Shown in pieces: positions 15,001 through 24,605 of a stretch of 25,443 bases of DNA (position 1 is its first letter; each line of letters opens with the position of its first letter). The stretch is from the IMG/VR virus record IMGVR_UViG_3300030419_001308, positions 1 to 25,443 of that record; one strand, 5' to 3'. The stretch comes from a virus. Taxonomy: Duplodnaviria; Caudoviricetes. Both the position numbers and the translations under genes were made by a program. The notes beneath the pieces were generated by a model. That model saw only the letters and a list, made by a program, of their open reading frames with translations. It was not told the origin of the DNA and did not search any database.

Positions 15001-18000
15001 ATTTAGAAAAACCAAAGGTGAGTATGAAGATGTATTTAAATATGCAACTGAAGAAGAGGTAGTTCCAGGAGCTACAAGATTAGATGTTCAAGATGATTAT
15101 GTAGAATCTTACATAGATTTTTTGGTAACACAATTTGCACATGACCCATTTATGCCTGTTATTGCACAGGCAATGAAAAAGAATCTACCTGATGAAGAGA
15201 TTGTAGATTTAATTCAAAGAACTCCTTATCTTATGGATGAGATTACTGAATTGAATAGAAAGATTTTATCTGTTAGAAGTGTAGACAAAGGTTCAGAAGT
15301 TATACCAGTATTGAAAACAGACCAAGATTATATTGATTTTGTAAGACATCATAAAATGACAATATCTAATTTTACTGCAAATCAACCTGATTTGATTGAC
15401 ATGATTGCACAAGGGCAAGTAGGAAGAGTAAATATAAGAAGTCTTGATGTAGCAAAACAAATTAACAAAGAAAGTCTTAAAAAAACTATTAGACCAATCA
15501 TGTTAGAAGTATTAGAAGATTTACCTGCTACAGTACCAGGTCTTAAAAAAGTATCAGGTAGAAGTTGGAGAGATGGATATGCTAATTTTATAGATGCTTT
15601 GTTTTTTGCAGTTGGACAGTCTGAGGCAACTCTTAACAGAATACCAACATTTAAACAGGCTTACTATCACTTTTTAGAAAGCAATGCAAGATTTGGTACA
15701 AGAAAAGCATTGCAAGATATACTTGATGCACATTATGACCCTGATAATGTAATTAACCTTCCACAAAATTTAATTTCTACTGTTAAAAGAAATTTAAATG
15801 ATGCTGATATACCTTTTGAAGATATCGAAAAAGTTATGAAGAAAGTTGTCAAACAAAGACTACAAGTAACTGATGATGCGGTAACTTTTGTGGCATACAA
15901 CGCTGATAACAAATACGCACCAAGGGTATTACAAGCAACAAGTAAACAACAACTTGAATTAGATTTAAATTTAGCAAACGCAGAAAGTAAAGCATATTCT
16001 ATTGAAACAGCAGGTGGTATTAGATTAGGTGATGAAAATACTAAGATTGGAACTTATCACTCTACTTTACCTCGAAGAAATGTTTTAGTTGATGGTGTGC
16101 TTGATTCTTCACAAGATAGACAGTTTGTGAAAGTTTTAAAAGAATTTCATGCAGGAACAGATAAAAATACTTTTGATATTACAACTAATTTTAAGGCTCT
16201 TATCAAAGAAAATCCTACACCAACAATAAAAGAATTAAGAAAAGTATTACAGATGGGTAATACGAAGTATGATGATGTAGCTGAGTTTATGCAAAGAACT
16301 GGACTTCTTGCAATGGTTGATTCTAAATCAGGTAAATTAGTCTTAAACAATCCAAAGAAATCAGGTATTGTTTCTGAATTTACAGAGATAGATTATCACA
16401 CAATGTTAGACCTAGATGGTATAAGACAAACAACCACAAGAAATATGACATTTAATGATTTAAATAAAACTGCATCTGCATACGCTTTTGAACTTCATAA
16501 TCGTTTGTTATATAACTTATTAGAAAGAGGTTATGTAGCAGAGGCTTATAAAGTTGGATTACCTTTCTTTGAGGCATATAGAGAAGTTCTTGGTAGATGG
16601 ACACAGTTGTCTGTAGCTAATCCTAGAGCGGTTGCTCAAGTTGGTTTTGCATATAGAAAAGGTGTTGAGAATAATTATATTTATACAGACAAGTTCGGAG
16701 AAAAATATTTAATACTTCCTGTTGGAGGTACTGCGTTAGAAGATTATGTTAAATCTGAAGGTAGAGGTACTTGGACAGATGATGTAAGTATTGAAGAAAG
16801 CAATATAATTATCAAAAGAAGTTTTCCAATATCTGCACTAGGAGTTGCAGGTGGTGGCTTGTTCCCACCATTAGGTCCAGTTGTTGCTATACCTACAGGT
16901 TTTGCAACAAGAGATAATCCAAAGACAAGAAGATTATTAGAAAGAACAATATTTCAATTTGGATTACCTTTTGAATCTATGGGTAATGGAGACTTAAAAG
17001 GTATCATAGGAGAAATTCTTACAGAAGAAATATTACCTGCTACAGCAAAAAATGCTTTTAACGCTATAGCAAGTAAATTAGATTTACAAGGACTTGATGA
17101 AGATTTATACCTTAGTGCAACAACACAATCTGTACAGATAGCAGCAATACTACATCCTGATAGAGCAGATGACCCTGAGTTTTTGTTTGACACTGCTGCA
17201 ACAATTAGAGATAACATTTATTGGTTGAAAGCATGGGATAGAAACATAAACCCATTAGTTCCAAGGGTAAATGTTTTATATCGTATTGATGCAGAAAACA
17301 GTACATTTAATGAATGGTATGGAACACAAGAAGAAACTTCAGGTGTAGCCTGGAATAGTTTTGTAGAACTATCTATTCTACATGGTTTCTATCAAGATTT
17401 GAGAGACCACTATGCACTTACTATGGGTCAGAAACAAGCTGACTATGAGGCAACATTAGAGGTTGTAAGATTACTAGGTCTTGATATATACGATATAGAT
17501 TCTGCTTTTACATCTGCACAATTACAACTGAAAGGTAAAAGCATATCTGAATCAGGACCTATGGCAAGAACAAAACCTGAATATGATTTCTTGATGAATA
17601 ATGAAGAATTATATGGAGATTATGGAGGAAGTATAATTTATTTCTTTGGTGGTCTTGGAAGTGGTGATGTTGATTATACATCTTATGGAATACAAAAAGG
17701 ACTTGGAAACATTACACCACTAAATAAAGAAGAGTTTTACTGGAGGTCAGCTACCTATGCAGCATCAATAGTCGAAAGAGCAATGAAAGAAAGATACAGA
17801 GCTAAATGGGATACACAACAATATACAGCATCAGAACAGAAAAAAGAGATGGCACAATTAGAACTTACACTAAAACAAATGTTTCCTCTTGCTTATGAAA
17901 TAAATCCTGCTGAAGTAGCAACAAAACTTCCAGGAAAAGAGATACCAAGAACATTTGATTGGGATTTAGTTATACCAATATTGGAACAAGCTGTTGAAGA

Positions 18001-18286
18001 CCCAAGAGCTGCAAACTTAGATTTATATAAAGAGATGAAAGATTATCTTGATTTTAGGAATCAAGTAATTATTGGTGTACAAAAAGGCAAAAACTTTGCT
18101 ATAAAAGAAGATGCTGTTAACTGGATAAGAACAACAAATACAGAGGAGGCACAACAAGTTCGTGATTTGCTGTATAAAAAAGGTTCTTTGCTTTCACAAG
18201 AAACTCCTGAGTTTCTTCCAGTCTTCCAAGATGTGTTTTATAATGAAGTTACCAAGTATGGAATAGGAGATTTATCAGATGAGTAA
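12074..18286 (+). CDS. Giant 2070-aa probable internal virion/DNA-ejection protein
   Basis: Uninterrupted ORF; hydrophobic segment ending in DP (WFSWIGFMSNLGLMVVTDPTM); C-terminal PFFEAY...LFPPLGPVV pattern recalled from large ejection proteins; function is inference. Confidence 0.7.
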   Translation: MSFFINWGQEWIKSQKDKAIDEQNFNAAKNSLSDADVDALGGAALSFQSMTPDEQSDLPIAAASLGLTGSQYYNLWTQTNTVVPNRNDDDVKKRSISFWEKIKDARAYGRQAYQDTQEELFDPPTIRRSTLLNGALIAINSLYQDFQVGFMNSFGVAAKDELNKLAAEQGKELDRDYSEFAGDPGTKGNRIPITWRIQSFLKGLQAFGARYALEETSRNLNMDIPEQVLNIAPLAIADATTFLDTQTDFKFAQSDIDVIKEYFPSVYQENLKIKEDGIKRNLTLNEKLDVYFETYNQLVGNANKQGIEQFFGTNEYFVQAQRSREGFKKYSIPATPGDQIRYTLTGTLGGEYSPLNNVIFDIKQKTEGEIAKLVQTYQSTSMTDDEFETKFTALLSAETEEIADLNFDPKHGWFSWIGFMSNLGLMVVTDPTMVLPGVGIGGRSAQTSKTLAAVGRDLDDYIKAGGRAVDFWADKDETISLMANEIQQAVAKDAPVFTYLARNGFSPSMAKEVVDNPEKTFDIIKDSLTGGLISDVRFKGNNLTQANDFHIQAKVLNDNFLDNLYAAMTDGNYTATYMRGGGRKSKNPVRTLQSSMKDIFGGTDVRLPSRPWAYLGETDRAVDTFIKTGYMMSIPENKIDELVREFYDAIYRKDYRGAQNIFYDRLVKGEGALQLRYTFGLSDNEIKELMESSLDDVRGFSEKGRAYRPSQSPQFYDRTLLQEGLDPIARAQYHNTLLSETDKAYASEHALAMAGQAMDLTINIPDMKAILRYTGLRRRLRNKVFGTKNFETSMDAVRKQFDEGLPGTFYDKSTPIGRELQGVIKDGLEDPSQLFKYGAEKIPFKATDFAFTFISRAWMPLQLITRVAFPLKITTDGALRMSARGLASIFRSPWEYLKLIWNDPNAAMVKLIQSQNPDFKPYTALTGPFRTSGKVLSEKYPDFIRKGLGALKENNSKFGLPEVQDLYARDPRFTSVFRKTKGEYEDVFKYATEEEVVPGATRLDVQDDYVESYIDFLVTQFAHDPFMPVIAQAMKKNLPDEEIVDLIQRTPYLMDEITELNRKILSVRSVDKGSEVIPVLKTDQDYIDFVRHHKMTISNFTANQPDLIDMIAQGQVGRVNIRSLDVAKQINKESLKKTIRPIMLEVLEDLPATVPGLKKVSGRSWRDGYANFIDALFFAVGQSEATLNRIPTFKQAYYHFLESNARFGTRKALQDILDAHYDPDNVINLPQNLISTVKRNLNDADIPFEDIEKVMKKVVKQRLQVTDDAVTFVAYNADNKYAPRVLQATSKQQLELDLNLANAESKAYSIETAGGIRLGDENTKIGTYHSTLPRRNVLVDGVLDSSQDRQFVKVLKEFHAGTDKNTFDITTNFKALIKENPTPTIKELRKVLQMGNTKYDDVAEFMQRTGLLAMVDSKSGKLVLNNPKKSGIVSEFTEIDYHTMLDLDGIRQTTTRNMTFNDLNKTASAYAFELHNRLLYNLLERGYVAEAYKVGLPFFEAYREVLGRWTQLSVANPRAVAQVGFAYRKGVENNYIYTDKFGEKYLILPVGGTALEDYVKSEGRGTWTDDVSIEESNIIIKRSFPISALGVAGGGLFPPLGPVVAIPTGFATRDNPKTRRLLERTIFQFGLPFESMGNGDLKGIIGEILTEEILPATAKNAFNAIASKLDLQGLDEDLYLSATTQSVQIAAILHPDRADDPEFLFDTAATIRDNIYWLKAWDRNINPLVPRVNVLYRIDAENSTFNEWYGTQEETSGVAWNSFVELSILHGFYQDLRDHYALTMGQKQADYEATLEVVRLLGLDIYDIDSAFTSAQLQLKGKSISESGPMARTKPEYDFLMNNEELYGDYGGSIIYFFGGLGSGDVDYTSYGIQKGLGNITPLNKEEFYWRSATYAASIVERAMKERYRAKWDTQQYTASEQKKEMAQLELTLKQMFPLAYEINPAEVATKLPGKEIPRTFDWDLVIPILEQAVEDPRAANLDLYKEMKDYLDFRNQVIIGVQKGKNFAIKEDAVNWIRTTNTEEAQQVRDLLYKKGSLLSQETPEFLPVFQDVFYNEVTKYGIGDLSDE

Positions 18287-19211
18287 TGGAGAGATAGAAG
18301 GCTATACAATACCTAGAGGTGATGGAGATAAACAAGATGTTATTGACATTGACCCTAATGTATCAGATGTAGTACAAAATGATGATGCTACACAGTTTGT
18401 TTTAGATGTACTAGGAGGTTTAGACCCATCAGGAAAACCATTAGGTGATGGATTTCAAAGTAAGTATAAAGTTGAGGTAGATGGTGTAGAAAGAGATGTA
18501 TCTGCAGAACAATACTTGACTGCACAAGGTTACGACTTTGTGTATTTTCCATATCAAGCAGGAGAGGCGGCAAGAGATATAGAACCTGCAGTTCGTGTTT
18601 TACTTAAAAATCAAATGGCAAGTGTTGGTTTACTTGACCTTACAAAAACACAAGGTGCTATGGTAGATGAAGAATTTGTAAAAGGCATAAGAAGACTTAT
18701 GGAGTTTTCTATGAATAATGGTGGTAAATTAGATTGGTTACAAAGTCTTGGTGTACTACGCACAAACTTCAGTGTAAGGAAAGCTGTAAAAACTACATCT
18801 CCAAAAATAGACAATGAACAAATGGATGATATTGTTGATGATTTACTTACAAAAGCAAAAAGTAGAAAAGGCGCTCCTTTGAATGCAGAAGAAAGAAACT
18901 ACATATCTAATAAGATACAACAGAGATTAGATATGTTTAACACAGAGATAGAAGGACTCAAACCTGCTACCTCAGGTAATTTAGTATTTGACCCTACAAA
19001 TCCTTTACAAGGAACATACTTACCTCCTGAACCAGGAGAACAACCTGATACAGAACAACTTGCAGAAGACTTATCTGATATAGAAGAAGAAGTATTTGCA
19101 CCAAGAGAAGAGGCAGCAAGACAACAAGAAGTTGGTGAACAGATAAGGTCAAGAGGTGCAAGGACAGTTTCTAATCTTACAAATTTATTTAGAGCAGGTG
19201 TCAAGAGATAA
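18279..19211 (+). CDS. Hypothetical virion-associated protein (310 aa)
   Basis: SD AGGAG, 8-nt overlap with the upstream gene, acidic. Confidence 0.75.
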   Translation: MSNGEIEGYTIPRGDGDKQDVIDIDPNVSDVVQNDDATQFVLDVLGGLDPSGKPLGDGFQSKYKVEVDGVERDVSAEQYLTAQGYDFVYFPYQAGEAARDIEPAVRVLLKNQMASVGLLDLTKTQGAMVDEEFVKGIRRLMEFSMNNGGKLDWLQSLGVLRTNFSVRKAVKTTSPKIDNEQMDDIVDDLLTKAKSRKGAPLNAEERNYISNKIQQRLDMFNTEIEGLKPATSGNLVFDPTNPLQGTYLPPEPGEQPDTEQLAEDLSDIEEEVFAPREEAARQQEVGEQIRSRGARTVSNLTNLFRAGVKR

Positions 19212-20029
19212 TGGAAATGGATGTATCGCCTCCTGCGATAGTAATCATAAAAGAGCTTGAGACTTTACAGCTTGAGGCTTATGAAGATGGTGCATCAGTA
19301 TCTATTGGATATGGACACAGTAATTTATCAGGTGGTGAACAGTTTGATATCGGTGATGTAATTACAGAGGATAAAGCAGAACAATTACTAAAAGAAGATT
19401 TAAAAGAGATTGTTCGTATTGTAAACCAAAGGTTAAAAAATTATAATCTTACATTTACTCAAGAACAATTTGATACTATGGTAATAGCTACTTTTAACAG
19501 ACCGAGCAAAGTATCTAGTAAAAAATTCTATGATGCTTTACTGTTAGATGATGAAGATAAAATACAAGAAGTTTGGGAGACATCTTTAACTGAACAAGAT
19601 AGAAAAAACTTTCCTGGACTTGTAAAAAGATTGGAGATTGAATTGGCAATGTTAGACCAAGACCGAGGAATACCTGAACCTGAAGAAGGCTTTGACCCTT
19701 CACCAATACAAGATGTTAATCCAAGCAATATGCAAGACCAAGTAAGAGCAGGTAATGTAAGAGATGTTAATCCAAGCAATATGCAAGACCAAGTAAGAGC
19801 AGGTTCTGTGATTTCTAATATATGGAGTCAAGGTGTTGATTTTACAAATGCAGTAGCTAAATCAGAAAGTCAAGTGGTTGCACTAATACAAGCAGCAATA
19901 AACAATCAGAGAAGAGCAAAGAATCTACCTGATATATCTAACGACATGAGTATGGATAGAAAAAGAGAGACACTATCTGATGACCAAAAAGTTGCATTAG
20001 ATATATTAAGGGGATTGTATGGCAAGTAA
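19211..20029 (+). CDS. GH24 (T4-like/phage) lysozyme with C-terminal extension; probably a virion-associated muramidase
   Basis: E17-X8-D26-X4-S31 then IGYGH; ITEDKAEQLLKEDL, TQEQFD and GLVKRLEIE match GH24 motifs. Confidence 0.85.
   Translation: MEMDVSPPAIVIIKELETLQLEAYEDGASVSIGYGHSNLSGGEQFDIGDVITEDKAEQLLKEDLKEIVRIVNQRLKNYNLTFTQEQFDTMVIATFNRPSKVSSKKFYDALLLDDEDKIQEVWETSLTEQDRKNFPGLVKRLEIELAMLDQDRGIPEPEEGFDPSPIQDVNPSNMQDQVRAGNVRDVNPSNMQDQVRAGSVISNIWSQGVDFTNAVAKSESQVVALIQAAINNQRRAKNLPDISNDMSMDRKRETLSDDQKVALDILRGLYGK
19711..19804 (+). repeat. Two identical 43-nt direct repeats (19711-19753, 19762-19804), 51-nt period, encoding DVNPSNMQDQVRAG
   Basis: Read directly in DNA and protein. Confidence 0.95.
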
Positions 20030-20210
20030 ATTTACACCATTCGATAAGAATGCAATTAAAATAAATCCTAATTATTTACAAGAATGGCGTAGAGAAAACA
20101 GACAAAATATAATTGATTCTGTTGGAGATAAGGATGCAACTAAAGAGTTAAATGATATTGTATCTAGGGCAAGAAATGAAGAAATAAGGCTTAGATATGA
20201 GCGACAGTAA
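20019..20210 (+). CDS. Hypothetical protein (63 aa)
   Basis: Fills the gap between two large genes; SD AGGGGA. Confidence 0.65.
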   Translation: MASKFTPFDKNAIKINPNYLQEWRRENRQNIIDSVGDKDATKELNDIVSRARNEEIRLRYERQ

Positions 20211-22842
20211 GTATCAATCTTTTTTAAACGAAATTGATAATTTATTTGCAAATAATGGTATCAACCCAAAAAGCGTAAGAGAGATTGCTGCAGAAAGTAT
20301 TTTTTCTTTAGATTATATTCACGAAAGTACAAAAGATTTTTTACTAGATGAATATGTTAGAGGTAAATTAGGTCCAGGAATAGAAGATACTCAAAAATTT
20401 ATTTTAGATTTATTAGAAATATTACCTGAGTACAAAGAATTAAATTTAATATCAAACATGCTTGATATAGATGTATCAAATAATGGTATTGGTTTTTATC
20501 CTACTGCAAGTATGTTAGAAAATGCTGATGATGTAATGAATCCTACAGGAGATTTAATTTATCAAATTGTAAAAAATGCAGGAAATTTAGATGATGAGTT
20601 AAAACTTATATTAGATAACAACCAACCATTTTTGGATGAGGCACTTGAAGTATTTAATAAACTACCAGTTAGTAAAAAAATAGAATCATTAGAAACTTTA
20701 CAAGAACTTACAGATGTAGAAGGTAAAAAAATAGGTTTAAACATAGGAATGATAAAAGACTCAATTATAGAACAATATTTTAGAATACAATCAGAGCTGA
20801 CAAGAGGTTTTTTGGGAGGAGAAAGTTTAGGAAATAGATTGATGATTGAGTTAAACAATGCTGTAGATGTTTCTAAAGATACTGGAAAAATAATTGAAGA
20901 CATAATAGATAATTTTGAAATGGATAATTTAACAGGTGATTACAAAAATTTTAATAATAAATCAATGAGCGACATAATGGAATTTCAAACAGATGATGTA
21001 TTTTATGGTGTTAGAAATATGCTAAATCAATACATGAAAACATTTCGTAAAGAATATTTAAAGTATCTAAATGGTGATTTTAGTGATTTGTATGGTGGTT
21101 CGATAGAGCTTATGAGTAATTATAAAATAAATAAAGCTACGAGAAGAGCTGCGGTTGCTTTAGTAACTAATGTACAAGATGAAGATTTTGTTACAAGTAA
21201 TTCTTTTTTTAAAAGACTAGCTGAAAGAAATCTGTCATTTACACCCACTGGAAGAATTGAACCATTTTTTGCTACCTTAAAAGAATTTACAAGTGATGTT
21301 TTAGAACTCAAAAAAGATGCAGAAGATGATTTTAGAATGATGGCAAATTCAGATTCTGCAATCAGAACTGCAGGAGTACCAATACAATACGAAACAGATT
21401 ACATAACAAAAAGAAATTTACTAAAAACTAACACACCTAAGGAGTTAGCTTTGTTAGATATAAGAGGTAGAGCATTGAATGTGTTTAAGAATAATCTTGG
21501 TGTTGATAATTATTCAAGTATATTTGATATAGCTGTTACAGAACCTATGCACATGACACCAACTGTAGCTTTATTAGATTATGTTGAAAAAAATCCTGAT
21601 TTTAAAGTAGAGGTTTTAGATAGTAGAACAGCAAAATTTTTTGATGTATCTAATATGACAAGAGGTAACGCACAATTACAAATACTTAAACAAGGAATAG
21701 GAGGCAAACCTAATTTATTCAATATTCCTGATACAGAATTAAGAGAGATACCTAAGAAAGCTCCAGGTGGACCTACTCCTTTAGGTGAAAGATATATGGA
21801 TAGTTTAATTTTAAGAGTAACACCTAATAATCCTGGTCAAAATGTAGTAAATGAAAGACTTAGACTAGAAAGAATTATTAAAAATAAAATACAAACTCCA
21901 CCTTTACAAGAGGGTTTACTTAAAAGATATTTAGATTATGATGAATTTATTAAAGGACTTCCTGCTGATAGAGCAGAGCAATTATTAGATTATACTAATA
22001 AAGAAGTTGCAGATAAACTTGAATTATTTAAAGACCAATATAATTTAACTAAACCTTATGGACCAGGAGAATTAGAAAGTATAAATATTATTTTATTTGA
22101 TTACAAAGAACCTTCACCAATAGAAGATGCAGTATTAGCAGACATAGAAAATTGGGATTTAGATGCAGAAGGTAATCCTATTGACCCAAGAAAAAAACCA
22201 GAAGGTATGTCAAATTTTCAAAAAGAATTATCTGCACAATATAATTATTTACTAGAATCAGACACACCTACAAATGCTGTAGATGATGTGCAAAGATTTA
22301 TAAAAAATTTACCTCAAGATTACTTTACCCCTCCTGAATTTAGAAAGATTGCAGATACACCTGAAGATATTGCTAGGTCTGTTGATAAAAATAAATTAGC
22401 ACAAGCAGAAGATGTTTTGAAAAATACAGATGTAGGAAGACACATATCAGGAACAGCTTTAGATTTTGCTAAGAAAGCAGGAAAGGTTGGTTTTGGTACA
22501 GGTATGACTGCAGTTGCTCCAGGAGATGTAATTATAGAACAAGGTATAAAAAGATTACTACCAAAACTAGGTTTAGCTTTTATATCTGCACCTGCATTAG
22601 CAGCATATACAGCTTATGAAATGGCTTTACTTGCAGCAGATGTAGGTAAAGGATTGTCAGAGGCAAAAAATAGAGGAGATGAAGAAAGTTTTAAATCAGC
22701 ATTTTGGGATGGGTTTACAGAAGATGCGTACTCAGATAAATACTCTATTGGTTACGCTTTAACTAAAGAAATACATGAAACATTGTTTCAAGATGTCTAT
22801 GGTAGAATAGCACAAGAATATTTACCAGGAAGTGAAGACTGA
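20197..22842 (+). CDS. 881-aa hypothetical, probable internal virion/ejected protein
   Basis: Long acidic ORF; Gly/Ala-rich hydrophobic helices near the C-terminus (LGLAFISAPALAAYTAYEMALLAA). Confidence 0.7.
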   Translation: MSDSKYQSFLNEIDNLFANNGINPKSVREIAAESIFSLDYIHESTKDFLLDEYVRGKLGPGIEDTQKFILDLLEILPEYKELNLISNMLDIDVSNNGIGFYPTASMLENADDVMNPTGDLIYQIVKNAGNLDDELKLILDNNQPFLDEALEVFNKLPVSKKIESLETLQELTDVEGKKIGLNIGMIKDSIIEQYFRIQSELTRGFLGGESLGNRLMIELNNAVDVSKDTGKIIEDIIDNFEMDNLTGDYKNFNNKSMSDIMEFQTDDVFYGVRNMLNQYMKTFRKEYLKYLNGDFSDLYGGSIELMSNYKINKATRRAAVALVTNVQDEDFVTSNSFFKRLAERNLSFTPTGRIEPFFATLKEFTSDVLELKKDAEDDFRMMANSDSAIRTAGVPIQYETDYITKRNLLKTNTPKELALLDIRGRALNVFKNNLGVDNYSSIFDIAVTEPMHMTPTVALLDYVEKNPDFKVEVLDSRTAKFFDVSNMTRGNAQLQILKQGIGGKPNLFNIPDTELREIPKKAPGGPTPLGERYMDSLILRVTPNNPGQNVVNERLRLERIIKNKIQTPPLQEGLLKRYLDYDEFIKGLPADRAEQLLDYTNKEVADKLELFKDQYNLTKPYGPGELESINIILFDYKEPSPIEDAVLADIENWDLDAEGNPIDPRKKPEGMSNFQKELSAQYNYLLESDTPTNAVDDVQRFIKNLPQDYFTPPEFRKIADTPEDIARSVDKNKLAQAEDVLKNTDVGRHISGTALDFAKKAGKVGFGTGMTAVAPGDVIIEQGIKRLLPKLGLAFISAPALAAYTAYEMALLAADVGKGLSEAKNRGDEESFKSAFWDGFTEDAYSDKYSIGYALTKEIHETLFQDVYGRIAQEYLPGSED

Positions 22843-24605
22843 TGTCAACAGATTACAATGATGTAACTGCTTTAATAAATGGTTCTATAACCATGGAAGA
22901 GTATGAAAAAAGAAGATATGAAAGAAGGATTGCCGCACTTAGAGCTACACTTCCAGTCAGTGCTGACCAAAGATTATTAGATGCTGCAGAAAGAGCAGAA
23001 TCAGTAAGAGCAGATTTTGAATCACAAGTACCAAGTCAAGCAGGTTCATTAGAGGCAGTTGCTTTTAAAACAGAAATAGCAAGACAAGGTGGTCAAGGAA
23101 CAGAAGATTCAACCATACAAACTACAGATGAAATGGGTGTAGATGAATCAAATGCTTTTGAAGATGCTTTATCAGGAGCGACAACATCAACACCTACAGA
23201 ATCAACACAATCAGGAGATAGAGATGAGTTTGGATTTACTGCTGATGATTATAAAAATGGTATAGCAATATATAGAGGTGATGCTCCATCAGGCGGAGAA
23301 AGAGTATTCAGCAAATCAGATTTACAGTCAGCATTATCTAATGGATATTCTTTGAGTCCTGTACCTTTATTTGAGGGAAACACAGGAGCAGGTGGAGGTT
23401 CATTTTTAGGTTCAACATCAGGAGACCAAATAGGTCGTATGAGTTCACAGATTTGGCAGGATGAAACAGGACAAAAGTTTTTAGTATTTGGTATCCCAGG
23501 AACAGATATGTTTGTTAGATACCAAGCAAGTGATGAACAACTTGGAACATTTTATACAACAGGTATGCCAGGCGTTAGAAGTGTAGACTCGGATTCTAAC
23601 GAGTGGTATAACTCTTTATTTTTAGGTGATTACACAGAGATAGATGCAAACATTAAATTAGGTTTAGCTAATCCTTTTGATTCGTTAGTAGCAAATTTTC
23701 AAAGAATTAAAAATGTACAACCATGGATGGAAGATGAGGAACTTTATACATTATGGTTAGAAGGAATAATAGAAGACAGAGATATAGAAGATTATGAGTG
23801 GCAAGGAACTAACTGGTGGAGAACGCATACAAAAGAACAAAGAGATTGGTTATTAGTTTCACAAGGAAGAGGTATAGGAGAACTACCTGCAGATGCACAA
23901 GCTCTATTAGATAATAATATTATTCGTGCAAAAACTTTGTTGCAACAAAATGGTGTAACAAATGCTGATTCAATATTTAATCCTGATGGAGAAAGTCTGA
24001 TAGAGTTTTTTGCATTGCAATTATCTAATGGAAACTGGACAGAGTTACATACAGTAAATCAAGCCAAAGCTATTGGAGACCCAATGGCAGGTATAACTGT
24101 CGACAATCAACTCAAAGGGTGGTTAGAAGGTGTAGTCGGTGGAGTTGCACCTGAAACCACTCAAGCAGGTTTTGCTAAAGCACAAGAACTTGCATTGAAA
24201 TGGTTAGGTCCTACCTTTGCAGAGTTTGAATCAGCAAACATATCAGAGTTTGCATCTATGATTCGTAATGCAGAATCACCTCAAATTGGTGAGGCACAAG
24301 TACAAGAAAGATTGAAAGCAATTAGAAAAGCATTGTTTTCTACAGACTTGTATGATGAAAATCTTACATACGAAGATATTGCATCACCATGGCGTAACTA
24401 TTCATTTCAGTTCTTAGGAGAAAGAATAGATGAAAAGAAACCTGAGTTTATAAATATACTAAGGTCAAATGACCAGGAAGAAATAAATAAAATACTTCTT
24501 GAGTATGGTTTGAATAATAATATTGAGACAGTCTTTGATAGAGTAGAAGATAATATTATTGAAGGCATAGCTCCTTCATCAGTAGTTAGAGGAGTACCTA
24601 CATAA
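22842..24605 (+). CDS. 587-aa hypothetical virion protein
   Basis: TGATG coupling; low-complexity N-terminus; TNWWRT motif. Confidence 0.75.
   Translation: MSTDYNDVTALINGSITMEEYEKRRYERRIAALRATLPVSADQRLLDAAERAESVRADFESQVPSQAGSLEAVAFKTEIARQGGQGTEDSTIQTTDEMGVDESNAFEDALSGATTSTPTESTQSGDRDEFGFTADDYKNGIAIYRGDAPSGGERVFSKSDLQSALSNGYSLSPVPLFEGNTGAGGGSFLGSTSGDQIGRMSSQIWQDETGQKFLVFGIPGTDMFVRYQASDEQLGTFYTTGMPGVRSVDSDSNEWYNSLFLGDYTEIDANIKLGLANPFDSLVANFQRIKNVQPWMEDEELYTLWLEGIIEDRDIEDYEWQGTNWWRTHTKEQRDWLLVSQGRGIGELPADAQALLDNNIIRAKTLLQQNGVTNADSIFNPDGESLIEFFALQLSNGNWTELHTVNQAKAIGDPMAGITVDNQLKGWLEGVVGGVAPETTQAGFAKAQELALKWLGPTFAEFESANISEFASMIRNAESPQIGEAQVQERLKAIRKALFSTDLYDENLTYEDIASPWRNYSFQFLGERIDEKKPEFINILRSNDQEEINKILLEYGLNNNIETVFDRVEDNIIEGIAPSSVVRGVPT

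Noticed and set aside
19711-19804. 43-nt repeats as a mini-CRISPR
   Set aside because: Only two copies, 8-nt gap, in frame within a coding sequence
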